A DNA stretch of 32,000 bases from positions 2,400,001-2,432,000 of the forward strand of contig NC_008578.1 in the NCBI RefSeq assembly GCF_000015025.1. The letters are read 5' to 3'. Below are positions 1 to 11,632 of this stretch, in pieces. The notes below the pieces were generated by a model. The model did not search any database, had not been told where the DNA came from, and saw only the letters and a list, made by a program, of their open reading frames with translations. This stretch comes from Acidothermus cellulolyticus 11B. GTDB taxonomy: Bacteria > Actinomycetota > Actinomycetes > Acidothermales > Acidothermaceae. Position 1 is the stretch's first letter, and every line of letters begins with the position of its first letter. Made by a program: the position numbers and the translations under genes.

Positions 1-813
1 GATCCCGACCGGCCGACCGGTTCCTTCCTCTTCCTCGGGCCCACCGGCGTCGGCAAGACCGAGCTTGCCAAGGCGCTTGCCGATTTTCTCTTTGACGACG
101 AGCGGGCGATGGTCCGCATTGACATGAGCGAGTACTCCGAGAAGCACTCCGTCGCGCGGCTCATCGGCGCCCCGCCCGGTTACGTCGGCTACGAAGAAGG
201 TGGTCAGCTGACCGAGGCGGTCCGCCGCCGGCCGTACTGCGTCATTCTTCTCGATGAGATCGAGAAGGCGCACGTCGAAGTCTTCGACATCCTCCTGCAA
301 GTCCTCGACGACGGCCGGCTGACCGACGGCCAAGGCCGCACCGTCGATTTCCGCAACACGATTCTCATTCTCACCTCGAACCTCGGGTCGAATTACCTCA
401 TCGATCCGACCCTCGACGACGAGGCGAAGCGGGAATCCGTCATGGCCGTCGTCCGGGCCACGTTCAAGCCGGAATTCCTCAACCGGCTTGACGAAATAAT
501 CATTTTCAACGCCCTCGGCACCGCGGAGCTCGCGAAAATCGTCGACCTGCAGATCGAGCGGTTCCAGCGGCGATTGACCGACCGGCGGATCACGCTCGAG
601 GTGACACCGGCCGCCCGGGAATGGCTTGCGCTCAACGGGTACGACGCGGTGTACGGCGCACGCCCGCTTCGGCGGCTCATCCAGACCGCCATCGGCGACC
701 GGCTCGCCAAGGCGCTCCTCGCCGGCGACGTCCGGGACGGCGACACCGTGCTCGTCGACCTGACCGCTGACAAGACCGGCCTGGATCTGCGGGTCGCGGT
801 GCCGAGCGCCTGA
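1..813 (+). CDS. clpB: ClpB disaggregase, C-terminal part (5' end outside window)
   Basis: Frame 1 is open from base 1. NBD2 Walker A GPTGVGKT, Walker [11 protein letters not shown] and sensor GARPLRR are present. Stop TGA at 811-813. Confidence 0.95.
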   Translation, partial: DPDRPTGSFLFLGPTGVGKTELAKALADFLFDDERAMVRIDMSEYSEKHSVARLIGAPPGYVGYEEGGQLTEAVRRRPYCVILLDEIEKAHVEVFDILLQVLDDGRLTDGQGRTVDFRNTILILTSNLGSNYLIDPTLDDEAKRESVMAVVRATFKPEFLNRLDEIIIFNALGTAELAKIVDLQIERFQRRLTDRRITLEVTPAAREWLALNGYDAVYGARPLRRLIQTAIGDRLAKALLAGDVRDGDTVLVDLTADKTGLDLRVAVPSA

Positions 814-857
814 TTCGGCCGCGGGCATGTCCGCTGCCACCGAGCGCGGAATCAGGC
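808..857. terminator. 9-bp inverted repeat GCCTGATTC/GAATCAGGC enclosing both convergent stop codons; possible bidirectional terminator
   Basis: 808-816 pairs perfectly with 849-857. The 32-nt loop holds a smaller GCGG..CCGC hairpin. There is no U tract. Confidence 0.25.
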
Positions 858-1787
858 TGAGGCTTCCCCGGGAATCTCCTGGAGACGCGGGGGATCCGCG
901 CCAGCCCGCTGACACGTCACGGCAGCCGCGGCTGCGGCAAATCGGAGCGCAGCCGCAAGCTCTCCCTCGTCGATGACGCGCAATTTCTCAATGCTGAGAG
1001 CGCCGTTGCGCGCGAAGTGGTGGAGCAATGCGCCGCTGAAGGTGTCCCCGGCCCCTATGGTGTCAACAACCGGGACGGACATTCCGGGCACGGTGACGGC
1101 CGCCCCGCTCGCACTTCGGGCCATTGCTCCGTCGGCCCCGAGGGTCAGCACCACGACGAGCGGACCAAGGCGCAGCCAGCGCAACAGCACGTCGTCCGGT
1201 GACACACCGGGGTACAGCCACCGCACGTCGTCCACGCTCGCCTTCACGATGTGCGCGTGCTCGAGCCACCGCTCGACGGCCGCCCGGTACTGCGCGGGAT
1301 CCGGGCAGAGCACGGCCCGCACATTCGGATCGACGGAAATCACCCGGTGCGGGAATTCCCGGCGAAGCACGCCTTCCACCACGGCCCCCCCGGGTGGACG
1401 CATCAACGCCATCGATCCCGCATGGAGGGCCACTGTCTCTGGGCCGAACACCGGCGGAAATTCCTCGATCCGCCATTGCCAATCCGCCGTACCCTCCAGG
1501 TAGAACGAGTAACGCGCGTTGCCTGCCTCGTCGAATGAGACGACGGCAAGGGTCGATGGTTCCCGCGCGGTGACCACGTACCGCATGTCAACGTGCTCGC
1601 GCATCAGCCGGTCGCGGAGCAGCACGCCGAACGGATCCGTCGCAATGCGGGCGAGCATTGCGACCGGCGTGCCAAGCCGGGCCAAGGCGACGGCGACATT
1701 CGCCGGGCTCCCGCCCGGCAATGCCCGCCACAGGCCGTCGCCCGCCGGTACGAGATCGACCAGCGTTTCACCGCATACCACGATCAC
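852..1787 (-). CDS. PfkB-family carbohydrate kinase (fructokinase-like)
   Basis: C-terminal 311 aa of the 489-aa track ORF. GTG at 1787 is preceded by AGGAG with a 6-nt spacer. DTIGAGDTF PfkB signature is present. The upstream part of the ORF overlaps the aminotransferase gene and is shadow. Confidence 0.85.
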   Translation of the reverse strand: MIVVCGETLVDLVPAGDGLWRALPGGSPANVAVALARLGTPVAMLARIATDPFGVLLRDRLMREHVDMRYVVTAREPSTLAVVSFDEAGNARYSFYLEGTADWQWRIEEFPPVFGPETVALHAGSMALMRPPGGAVVEGVLRREFPHRVISVDPNVRAVLCPDPAQYRAAVERWLEHAHIVKASVDDVRWLYPGVSPDDVLLRWLRLGPLVVVLTLGADGAMARSASGAAVTVPGMSVPVVDTIGAGDTFSGALLHHFARNGALSIEKLRVIDEGELAAALRFAAAAAAVTCQRAGADPPRLQEIPGEASA

Positions 1788-1822
1788 GCGACACTCCTGG
1801 CGTCCCCGGTGACGGTCATGAA

Positions 1823-2983
1823 TCACCCACGCAGCCGCGCCAGCCGCCGCAATGCCTCGGCCAGCACGTCCTCGCGCTTGCAGAAGGCGAACCGAACCAA
1901 TGGACGTCCGATGTCGGCGTGGTCGTAGAAAACGACGTGCGGAATCGCCGCGACACCCACTCGGTACGGAAGATCCCGACAGAAGGCGAGTCCGTCCAGG
2001 TAACCGAGCGGACGGACATCGACCGTGACGAAGTACGTACCCGCCGGCGGATACACGGTGAAACCAAGCTCGGCAAGCCCGGTGCAGAGAAAATCGCGCT
2101 TGCGCGCCAAATCCGCGGCCAGCTGCTGGAAATAAGCATCCGGCATGCCCAGCCCGGCGGCGATGCCCCGCTGCATCGGCGCCGCGTTCGTGTAGGTGAG
2201 GAATTGCTTGACGGTCCGCACCGCGCTGACCAGCGGCTCCGGTCCGGTCACCCATCCAATTTTCCAACCGGTGAAGGCAAACGTCTTCCCTGCGGACGAA
2301 ATCGTGACCGTCCGCTCCCACATGCCCGGGAACGTGGCAATCGGGATGTGCCGGCCCTCGTAGACGAGATGCTCATACACCTCGTCCGTAATCACCAGCA
2401 GGTCATGCGCCACGGCCACCTCGGCGACCGCCCGCAGTTCCTCCTCGGTCAGCACGGTCCCCGTGGGATTGTGCGGCGAATTGAGCAGGATGACTTTCGT
2501 CCGCGGCGTCACGGCGGCCTGCAGTGCGGCAATGTCCAGCCGGAAATCAGGAGCATGCAACGTCACCGGTACCCGGCGGCCGCGCGCCATCGCAATCGCC
2601 GCGGCGTAGGAATCGTAATACGGCTCGAGCGCGATGACGTCGTCGCCGGCGTCGACGAATGCCAACAATGCCGCGGTCACCGCCTCGGTGGCCCCGGCCG
2701 TAATGAGGACCTCGCTGTCGGGATCCACCTCGAGGCCGTAAAAACGCTTCTGATGCGCGGCAACCGCCTCCCGCAATTCGCGGAAGCCGATGCCGGGGGC
2801 GTACTGATTGGGACCGTGCCAAATCGCGTCGGCGACAAGCCGCTTGATGTCGTCCGGGCCGTCGACGTCGGGGAATCCCTGACCCAGGTTCACCGCATCC
2901 GTCTCCTCGGCACGCGCGGACATCTCGGCGAAAATCGTCGTGCCGAGACCGCGCAGGTGGGGGACCAGACGCTCACCGACCAT
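1823..2983 (-). CDS. PLP-dependent class I aminotransferase
   Basis: 386 aa with typical fold-type I motifs (NSPHNPTG, SAGKTFAFTGWKIGW lysine region). ATG at 2983 lies 6 nt after a TACGCT -10-like hexamer. Confidence 0.9.
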   Translation of the reverse strand: MVGERLVPHLRGLGTTIFAEMSARAEETDAVNLGQGFPDVDGPDDIKRLVADAIWHGPNQYAPGIGFRELREAVAAHQKRFYGLEVDPDSEVLITAGATEAVTAALLAFVDAGDDVIALEPYYDSYAAAIAMARGRRVPVTLHAPDFRLDIAALQAAVTPRTKVILLNSPHNPTGTVLTEEELRAVAEVAVAHDLLVITDEVYEHLVYEGRHIPIATFPGMWERTVTISSAGKTFAFTGWKIGWVTGPEPLVSAVRTVKQFLTYTNAAPMQRGIAAGLGMPDAYFQQLAADLARKRDFLCTGLAELGFTVYPPAGTYFVTVDVRPLGYLDGLAFCRDLPYRVGVAAIPHVVFYDHADIGRPLVRFAFCKREDVLAEALRRLARLRG

Positions 2984-3073
2984 GCAGCCAGCGTAGGTCT
3001 CTGCGTGCGATCACTACGCCGGCGGGTTTCAGCCGGTTATCGTGGCGGCAGCGTCGTACGTCGGAGGCGTGCC

Positions 3074-3823
3074 ATGACCAGGGTGTTGATCACAGGCGCT
3101 AGTGCGGGGATCGGCCGTGGCTTCGCCACCCAGTACGCGAAGCTCGGGCACGACCTGGTGCTCGTCTCCCGGGACGAGCGTCGGCTCGCTGATCTCGCAC
3201 ACGAGCTCCGCACGCGCCACCACGTCGACGTCGAAGTCATCCCCGCAGACCTCGCTGACCCCATCGCGCTCGAGAAGGTCGAACAACGGGCCGCGTCGGC
3301 CGAACACCCCGTCGACGTCCTCGTCAACAACGCCGGTTTCGGCATCGGGACTGACTTTCTTCATTCCAGTGTGGAGACGGAAACCCAGGCCATCGACGTG
3401 ATGATTCGCGCGCCGATGCGGCTGACGAAAGCCGTGCTCCCCGGCATGCTGGAGCGGCGATCCGGTGCGATCATCATGGTCTCCAGCATTTCCGGAATCG
3501 TGCCGCATGACAGCTACGGAGCCATCAAGGCCTGGGTTCTGCGATTCAGCCAGGTGCTCTCCTTCGAACTGGCCGGCACCGGCGTCCGCTGCATTGCGCT
3601 CTGTCCCGGCCTGACCCGGACGGAATTTCACGACCGCGCCGGCATCGAGGTACACCGGGCGCCGCGGGCGTTCTGGCTGGACGTCGACACGGTCGTCCGC
3701 CGCTGCCTCGTTGACCTGGCGCGCGGCAAGACGGTGTCCATTCCCGGCTGGCAGTACCGCCTGATTGCCGCCGTCGGTCGATTCCTGCCGGTCTCGTGGT
3801 ACGGCCGCCTGTTCCGCGGCTGA
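3074..3823 (+). CDS. Short-chain dehydrogenase/reductase
   Basis: TGASAGIGRG cofactor motif and YGAIK catalytic YxxxK. ATG 3074 follows GGAGG (3063-3067). The upstream 472 codons of the track ORF are shadow. Confidence 0.9.
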   Translation: MTRVLITGASAGIGRGFATQYAKLGHDLVLVSRDERRLADLAHELRTRHHVDVEVIPADLADPIALEKVEQRAASAEHPVDVLVNNAGFGIGTDFLHSSVETETQAIDVMIRAPMRLTKAVLPGMLERRSGAIIMVSSISGIVPHDSYGAIKAWVLRFSQVLSFELAGTGVRCIALCPGLTRTEFHDRAGIEVHRAPRAFWLDVDTVVRRCLVDLARGKTVSIPGWQYRLIAAVGRFLPVSWYGRLFRG

Positions 3824-3921
3824 CCGGGTGCGCCGCGCCGCCCCGCAGCAGCTCGGCCCGCACCGCGCGCCGGCGTGTGCCCGGTCCTGGTTGACCGCCC
3901 GCGGCGACGTACGCTCGGCAC

Positions 3922-4512
3922 GTGACGAAGACTCCGACGGCCGCACCCGTCCCGGCAACGCCCGCGACGATCCGGGAGACTGCGCATTGGCAGGCCCTCC
4001 GCGATGAGATCATGCGGAAGGCCGTCGTGCGCCAGCCCGTAGTGCTCAGCTCCGGGCAGCACGCCGACTTCTACATCGACCTCCGGCGGGTCACCTTGGA
4101 CGGTCATGCTGCGCCGCTCGTCGGGCAGGTCCTGTTGGACCTCACCGCCGACCTCGACTACGACGCCGTCGGAGGCCTCACCCTCGGAGCCGACCCGGTG
4201 GCCCTCGCGATGCTGCACACCGCGGCGGCCCGGGGCAGGCGGTTGGACGCATTCATCGTGCGCAAAGAGCAGAAGACGCACGGCCTGCAACGCCGGATCG
4301 AAGGTCCCGATGTTCGCGGCCGGCGGGTGCTCGCCGTCGAGGACACCTCGACCACCGGTGGCTCGGTGCTCACCGCAGTGGCGGCACTCCGCGAGGCTGG
4401 GGCCGATGTCGTCGCGGTAGCGGTCATCGTCGAGCGCGGCGCCGCTGGCGCAATCGCGGAGGCGGGCCTGGAGTACCGGGCCGCGTATCAGCTCACCGAT
4501 CTCGGGCTGTAG
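3922..4512 (+). CDS. pyrE: Orotate phosphoribosyltransferase
   Basis: PRPP-binding motif VLAVEDTSTTGGS and LSSGQHADFYIDLRR. GTG start with TACGCT 6 nt upstream, suggesting a leaderless transcript. Confidence 0.9.
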   Translation: MTKTPTAAPVPATPATIRETAHWQALRDEIMRKAVVRQPVVLSSGQHADFYIDLRRVTLDGHAAPLVGQVLLDLTADLDYDAVGGLTLGADPVALAMLHTAAARGRRLDAFIVRKEQKTHGLQRRIEGPDVRGRRVLAVEDTSTTGGSVLTAVAALREAGADVVAVAVIVERGAAGAIAEAGLEYRAAYQLTDLGL

Positions 4513-4532
4513 CACCAACCCGACCGTACCGA

Positions 4533-5315
4533 CTACACACCGGTTGAATCGATGGTGTCCGCTTCCCGGGAGGCAAGCCCCGCAGAATCGGCCGCCGCGC
4601 CGACCGGGTCAGGACGAGACGCCGCGGCGGCTGCGCGCCGGCGGCGCATGCGGTTGAGTTCGAATGCGAGCGACGCAACCGAGGCCAGCACGGCGACCGC
4701 CACGACGGGGAGCACGTACCGCTCGATGTGCAGCGCCTCGCCACCGTAGTATCCGGCGAGCACGATCGCCTCGGTCCAGACCAACCCGCCGACCACGTTC
4801 CAGACGGTGAAGCGGCGGACCGGCATGCGAAGCACGCCGACCGCTGGATTGATGAAGGTGCGCAGCACGGGAATGAACCGGCAGAGGAGCACCGCCCATC
4901 CCTCGCCGAACCGGGCGAACAGCGGTTCAATGCGTTCGATGCCGTGCGCAAACGCCGAGCCGGGACGCGCCAACCGCTGCCCGCCTTGGACGCCGATCAC
5001 GTAGCCGACCTGAGCACCGATGATCGCCGCGGCCGGACATCCGATGAGCAGGGCCGGCAATGGAAGGTGCACCGCCTCGTGGACGTGCGGCGACGCAAAT
5101 GCACCGGCAAGGGCGAGCAACGTGTCGCCCGGCAGGAAGAAGCCCACCAGGAGACCGGTCTCGGCGAACAGGATGGCGAAGACGCCGGCCAGACCGAAGG
5201 TGACCAGCAGATCCCGAGGGCTGAGCGGATTCAGCGCAACGATCCGGGGAGCGGCCGCTGCGCCGGCAAGGAGATGCCCGAGCACCCCTCGACGGTACCG
5301 GAGGAACCTGAACAC
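4533..5315 (-). CDS. dedA: DedA/SNARE-associated family membrane protein
   Basis: FAETGLLVGFFLPGD motif and multiple hydrophobic segments. The start is uncertain: GTG 5315 abuts AGGAG with no spacer, and GTG 5285 is an alternative. Confidence 0.8.
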   Translation of the reverse strand: MFRFLRYRRGVLGHLLAGAAAAPRIVALNPLSPRDLLVTFGLAGVFAILFAETGLLVGFFLPGDTLLALAGAFASPHVHEAVHLPLPALLIGCPAAAIIGAQVGYVIGVQGGQRLARPGSAFAHGIERIEPLFARFGEGWAVLLCRFIPVLRTFINPAVGVLRMPVRRFTVWNVVGGLVWTEAIVLAGYYGGEALHIERYVLPVVAVAVLASVASLAFELNRMRRRRAAAAASRPDPVGAAADSAGLASREADTIDSTGV

Positions 5316-5523
5316 CTCCTAAGTCGCGTGGCCGCGGTGTGCATCGGGCGCAACCCGCCGACATGACCAATCAACACCCCCTAAGCCTCGCGGCCGCTTC
5401 GCTGCCGTCGCGGCTGATCCCCCGTTGGCCGCTCGGCCGCGAATGCGCGATACTCGACACGGCCAATCCGGCCAGTCATGATCAAGCCAGTCCGCGAGGA
5501 ACCAGTGACACCGGGAGCTTGAG

Positions 5524-7892
<2,369 letters not shown>

Positions 7893-7895
7893 GCC

Positions 7896-9158
7896 ATGAA
7901 GGTGCTCGTCGTCGGTAGCGGCGGCCGAGAGCACGCCCTGTGCCGGGCGCTGGCCGCCGACCCTTCGGTCACCGAGGTTCTCTCCGCGCCGGGGAATCCA
8001 GGCACCGGGCAGCTCGGCACCCGTATCGCCCTCGATCCCTGCGACGGCACAGCCGTCGCAGCGGCCGCCCAGCGGTACGGCGTTGACCTGGTCGTGATCG
8101 GACCGGAGGCACCGCTCGTCGCCGGAGTGGCGGACGCCGTCCGGGCGGCTGGCATTGCATGCTTTGGTCCCTCGGCAGCTGCGGCGCGCATCGAGGGCAG
8201 CAAAGCATTCGCCAAGGACGTGATGACCGCTGCGGGCGTGCCGACCGCCCGGGCGCGGATCTGCACCTCGGGGAGCGAGGCCGCCGCGGCGCTCGACGAA
8301 TTCGGCTCACCTTACGTCGTCAAGGCTGATGGTCTTGCCGCCGGCAAGGGAGTCGTCGTGACGACCGATCGCGCGGAAGCCCTGCGGCACGCCCAGCACT
8401 GCGGCCGGGTCGTCGTCGAGGAATTCCTTGACGGCCCGGAGGCCTCGCTCTTTGTCGTCACCGACGGCCGGGACGTCGTTCCGCTCCTTCCCGCGCAGGA
8501 TTTCAAGCGGGTGGGCGACGGTGACACCGGGCCGAACACCGGCGGAATGGGTGCGTACGCTCCCCTGGATTGGGTGCCGCCCGACGTGGTCGAGGACGTC
8601 GTCGAGCGGATTGTCACCCCCACCCTGTCCGAACTACGGGCCCGGACGACGCCCTTCCTCGGCTTGCTGTACGTCGGATTGGCCTTCACCAGCCGCGGTC
8701 CGAAGGTCGTCGAATTCAACGCGCGATTCGGCGACCCGGAAACCCAGGCAATCCTCACCCTGCTCGCAAGCCCGCTGGGAGAATTGCTCGCCGCTGCGGC
8801 CGGCGGCGGGCTCTCCGGCGTACGAGCGGTTTGGCGGAGCGGGGCTGCGGTCACCGTCGTCCTGGCCGCGGCCGGGTATCCCGGCACGCCGCGGTTGGGC
8901 GACCGCATCGACGGTGTCGACGCCGTCACCGCACCGGCGTACGTGCTGCACGCCGGCACTGAGTGGTCCGACGGGGTGCTGCGGAGTGCCGGCGGCCGGG
9001 TGCTTGCCGTCACGGCCGCCGGCCCGACCCTTGCCGACGCCCGCCGGACGGTGTACACCGAAATGAGCAAGATTTCCCTGCCTGGCGGGCATTATCGGCA
9101 GGACATCGCGCTGCGCGCCGTCCGCGGTGAGATTCGGGTTCCGGAATACGCCCGATGA
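7896..9158 (+). CDS. purD: Phosphoribosylamine-glycine ligase
   Basis: MKVLVVGSGGREHAL N-terminus and ATP-grasp layout. It starts 3 nt after the purA stop. Confidence 0.95.
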   Translation: MKVLVVGSGGREHALCRALAADPSVTEVLSAPGNPGTGQLGTRIALDPCDGTAVAAAAQRYGVDLVVIGPEAPLVAGVADAVRAAGIACFGPSAAAARIEGSKAFAKDVMTAAGVPTARARICTSGSEAAAALDEFGSPYVVKADGLAAGKGVVVTTDRAEALRHAQHCGRVVVEEFLDGPEASLFVVTDGRDVVPLLPAQDFKRVGDGDTGPNTGGMGAYAPLDWVPPDVVEDVVERIVTPTLSELRARTTPFLGLLYVGLAFTSRGPKVVEFNARFGDPETQAILTLLASPLGELLAAAAGGGLSGVRAVWRSGAAVTVVLAAAGYPGTPRLGDRIDGVDAVTAPAYVLHAGTEWSDGVLRSAGGRVLAVTAAGPTLADARRTVYTEMSKISLPGGHYRQDIALRAVRGEIRVPEYAR

Positions 9159-10582
9159 AAACGCCGATCCCCGACGTCCTGGCCAGCCGGTACGCCTCCG
9201 CGGAGCTGGTCGATCTCTGGTCCCCGCGCAGCAAAATAATTCTCGAGCGCCGGCTCTGGCTGGCGGTGCTCCGCGCGCAAGCAGACCTCGGCATCGACAT
9301 CCCACCCGAGGCAATTGCGGCGTACGAACGGGTCCTCGACGTCGTCGACCTCGAGTCGATCGCCGCCCGTGAACAGGTCACCCGCCACGATGTCAAGGCG
9401 CGGATCGACGAATTCTGCGCACTGGCAGGCTACGAACATATTCATAAGGGAATGACGTCCCGGGATCTGACCGAGAACGTCGAGCAGCTGCAGATCCGCC
9501 GATCGCTGGAAATTCTCCGCGACCGGGTGGTGGCCGCGGTCGCGCGGCTCGCACGCCTCGCTGCCGAGTACGCCACTCTCGTCATCGTGGCCCGAACGCA
9601 CAACGTGCCGGCGCAGGCAACCACGCTCGGCAAACGCTTTGCATCGGCAGGCGAGGAGCTCCTCATCGGCTATGAGCGGTTGCAGCACCTGCTCGAGCAC
9701 TATCCCCTGCGCGGGATGAAAGGCCCGGCCGGCACCGCCCAGGACATGCTCGACCTGCTCGGCGGAGACCTGGAACGCCTCGCCGAACTCGAACGCCGGA
9801 TCGCCGCACACTTGGGCTTCCACCACCTCCTCACCAACGTCGGCCAGATTTATCCCCGCTCTCTCGACGCCGACATGGCATTCGCCGTCGTCCAGGTCTG
9901 CGCCGCACCGGCGAGCCTCGCGACGACGATCCGACTGATGGCGGGACACGAGCTCGCAAGCGAAGGTTTTGCCGAGGGACAGGTCGGTTCGAGCGCGATG
10001 CCGCACAAAATGAACCCGCGGTCGTGTGAACGGATCCACGGCCTGCTCGTGGTGGTGCGCGGCTTTGCCGGCATGCTCGGGGAACTTGCGGGAACGCAGT
10101 GGAACGAAGGGGACGTGTCGTGTTCCGCGGTCCGGCGGGTTGCGCTTCCCGGCGTTTTTTTCGCCGCCGACGGCCTGTATCAGACGTTCCTCACGGTGCT
10201 GGATGAATTGCGTCCCTACCCGCAGGTCATCGCCCGCGAAGTCGACCGGTACCTGCCGTTCCTGGCGACAACGAAGCTGCTGCTTGCCGCGGTCCGCCGT
10301 GGTCTCGGTCGTGAACAGGCACATGCCATCATCAAGGAGCACGCCACCGCGGTGCTCCGCGACATGCGGGAGGGAAAGACCGACGAGAATGACCTCCTGG
10401 ATCGGTTGGCGGACGACGACCGCTTTCCGCTCAGTCGAGCCGAACTTGTCGACATCATCGGTGCTCCGCTCGATTTCACCGGAGCCGCAGCGGCGCAGAT
10501 TTCCGCCTTCTGCGCACGTGCCGCCGACATCGTGGCGGCGCACCCCGAGGCTGCCCACTATGTGCCGGCGCCGATTCTGTGA
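9155..10582 (+). CDS. purB: Adenylosuccinate lyase
   Basis: Fumarate-lyase signature GSSAMPHKMNP. ATGA overlap with the purD stop. Confidence 0.95.
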   Translation: MKTPIPDVLASRYASAELVDLWSPRSKIILERRLWLAVLRAQADLGIDIPPEAIAAYERVLDVVDLESIAAREQVTRHDVKARIDEFCALAGYEHIHKGMTSRDLTENVEQLQIRRSLEILRDRVVAAVARLARLAAEYATLVIVARTHNVPAQATTLGKRFASAGEELLIGYERLQHLLEHYPLRGMKGPAGTAQDMLDLLGGDLERLAELERRIAAHLGFHHLLTNVGQIYPRSLDADMAFAVVQVCAAPASLATTIRLMAGHELASEGFAEGQVGSSAMPHKMNPRSCERIHGLLVVVRGFAGMLGELAGTQWNEGDVSCSAVRRVALPGVFFAADGLYQTFLTVLDELRPYPQVIAREVDRYLPFLATTKLLLAAVRRGLGREQAHAIIKEHATAVLRDMREGKTDENDLLDRLADDDRFPLSRAELVDIIGAPLDFTGAAAAQISAFCARAADIVAAHPEAAHYVPAPIL

Positions 10583-10707
10583 CGGCACAACCGCAGTGCG
10601 CGGTGCTCGATCGGGCGGCCGTGCCGCCCCCTCACCCTCTACGTCGCTCGGCCCGCCTCCGGTGACGCTGACCATGACCCGCCGCCTCGGCCGGAATTGA
10701 GGATCCG

Positions 10708-11562
10708 ATGACCGCGAGCACGTATCGGCTCATCTACTCGGGGAAAGTGCGCGACCTGTATGAGTTGCCCGACGGCCGGCTGCTCTTTGTCGCCACCGAC
10801 CGCATTTCCGCCTACGACCACATACTGCCGACCCTCATCCCGGACAAGGGCCGTATCCTCACCGCGCTCTCGCTCTGGTGGTTCGACCAGCTGGCCGACG
10901 TCGTGCCGAACCACGTCGTCTCCACCGATGTACCGGCCGAATTCCACGGCCGGGCGATGATTTGCGAGCGGCTGGAGATGATTCCCTTCGAATGCGTGGC
11001 GCGCGGTTACCTCACCGGTTCGGGACTCGCCGATTACCAGCGCACCGGCCAGGTCTGTGGTGTGCCGCTGCCGCCCGGTTTAGTGGACGGCGACCGGCTC
11101 CCGGAACCCATCTTCACGCCGGCGACAAAAGCGCCGCGCGGCACGCACGACGAGAATGTCCCGCTGGCTGCGGTGGAGAAAGCACTCGGAGCCGAGACGG
11201 CGGCGCGGCTCGCGGAGCTCACCCTCACGATTTACCGGCAGGCCCACGACCGTGCGCTCGCATCCGGCATCATCGTGGCGGACACGAAAGTCGAATTTGG
11301 CCGGCGTGCGGACGGGACGCTCGTCCTCGCCGACGAAGTCCTCACGCCGGACTCCTCGCGGTTCTGGCCGGCGGAATCCTGGCGGCCGGGGCGGGCGCAA
11401 CCGTCGTTCGACAAACAGTACGTGCGGGACTGGCTGCGCAGCACCGGATGGGATCCGGCTGGATCCGCCCCACCGCCCCCGCTACCGGAGGACGTCGTGG
11501 CGCAGACACGGGCGCGGTACATCGAAGCGTACGAGCGGATCACCGGCCGCCGCTGGGAGTAA
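10708..11562 (+). CDS. purC: SAICAR synthetase
   Basis: YSGKVRDLY and DRISAYD motifs. GAGGA SD upstream. Stop TAA at 11560-11562. Confidence 0.95.
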   Translation: MTASTYRLIYSGKVRDLYELPDGRLLFVATDRISAYDHILPTLIPDKGRILTALSLWWFDQLADVVPNHVVSTDVPAEFHGRAMICERLEMIPFECVARGYLTGSGLADYQRTGQVCGVPLPPGLVDGDRLPEPIFTPATKAPRGTHDENVPLAAVEKALGAETAARLAELTLTIYRQAHDRALASGIIVADTKVEFGRRADGTLVLADEVLTPDSSRFWPAESWRPGRAQPSFDKQYVRDWLRSTGWDPAGSAPPPPLPEDVVAQTRARYIEAYERITGRRWE

Positions 11563-11580
11563 GGCCGCGGCTGGGAGTCG
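11545..11580. repeat. 18-bp tandem duplication of the purC 3' end
   Basis: GGCCGCCGCTGGGAGTAA (11545-11562, includes the stop) is followed by GGCCGCGGCTGGGAGTCG (11563-11580), 15/18 identical. Confidence 0.85.
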
Positions 11581-11632
11581 GGAACCCACGGCTCAGCCCG
11601 CGGGAACCCACGGCTCAGCTCGCGGGAACCAC
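11579..11632. repeat. 22-bp tandem repeat (2.4 copies) spanning the rplI stop codon
   Basis: CGGGAACCCACGGCTCAGC[C/T]CG at 11579-11600 and 11601-11622 (21/22 identical). A partial copy at 11623-11632 lies inside rplI. The stop (TCA on the + strand) is at 11615-11617. Confidence 0.9.

Noticed and set aside
1788-2321. Upstream 178 codons of the 489-aa ORF containing the PfkB kinase.
   Set aside because: This part overlaps the aminotransferase gene in another frame. Kinase homology begins at GTG 1787, which has a good AGGAG SD.
1658-3073. N-terminal 472 codons of the 721-aa track ORF, and similar long Arg/Pro/Gly-rich ORFs such as 5910-6605, 9092-10675, 22669-23958, 24620-26341 and 25581-26576.
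   Set aside because: They run antisense or out of frame to genes with clear homology and have Arg/Pro/Gly-rich garbage composition. They are the expected stop-poor shadow frames of high-GC DNA.
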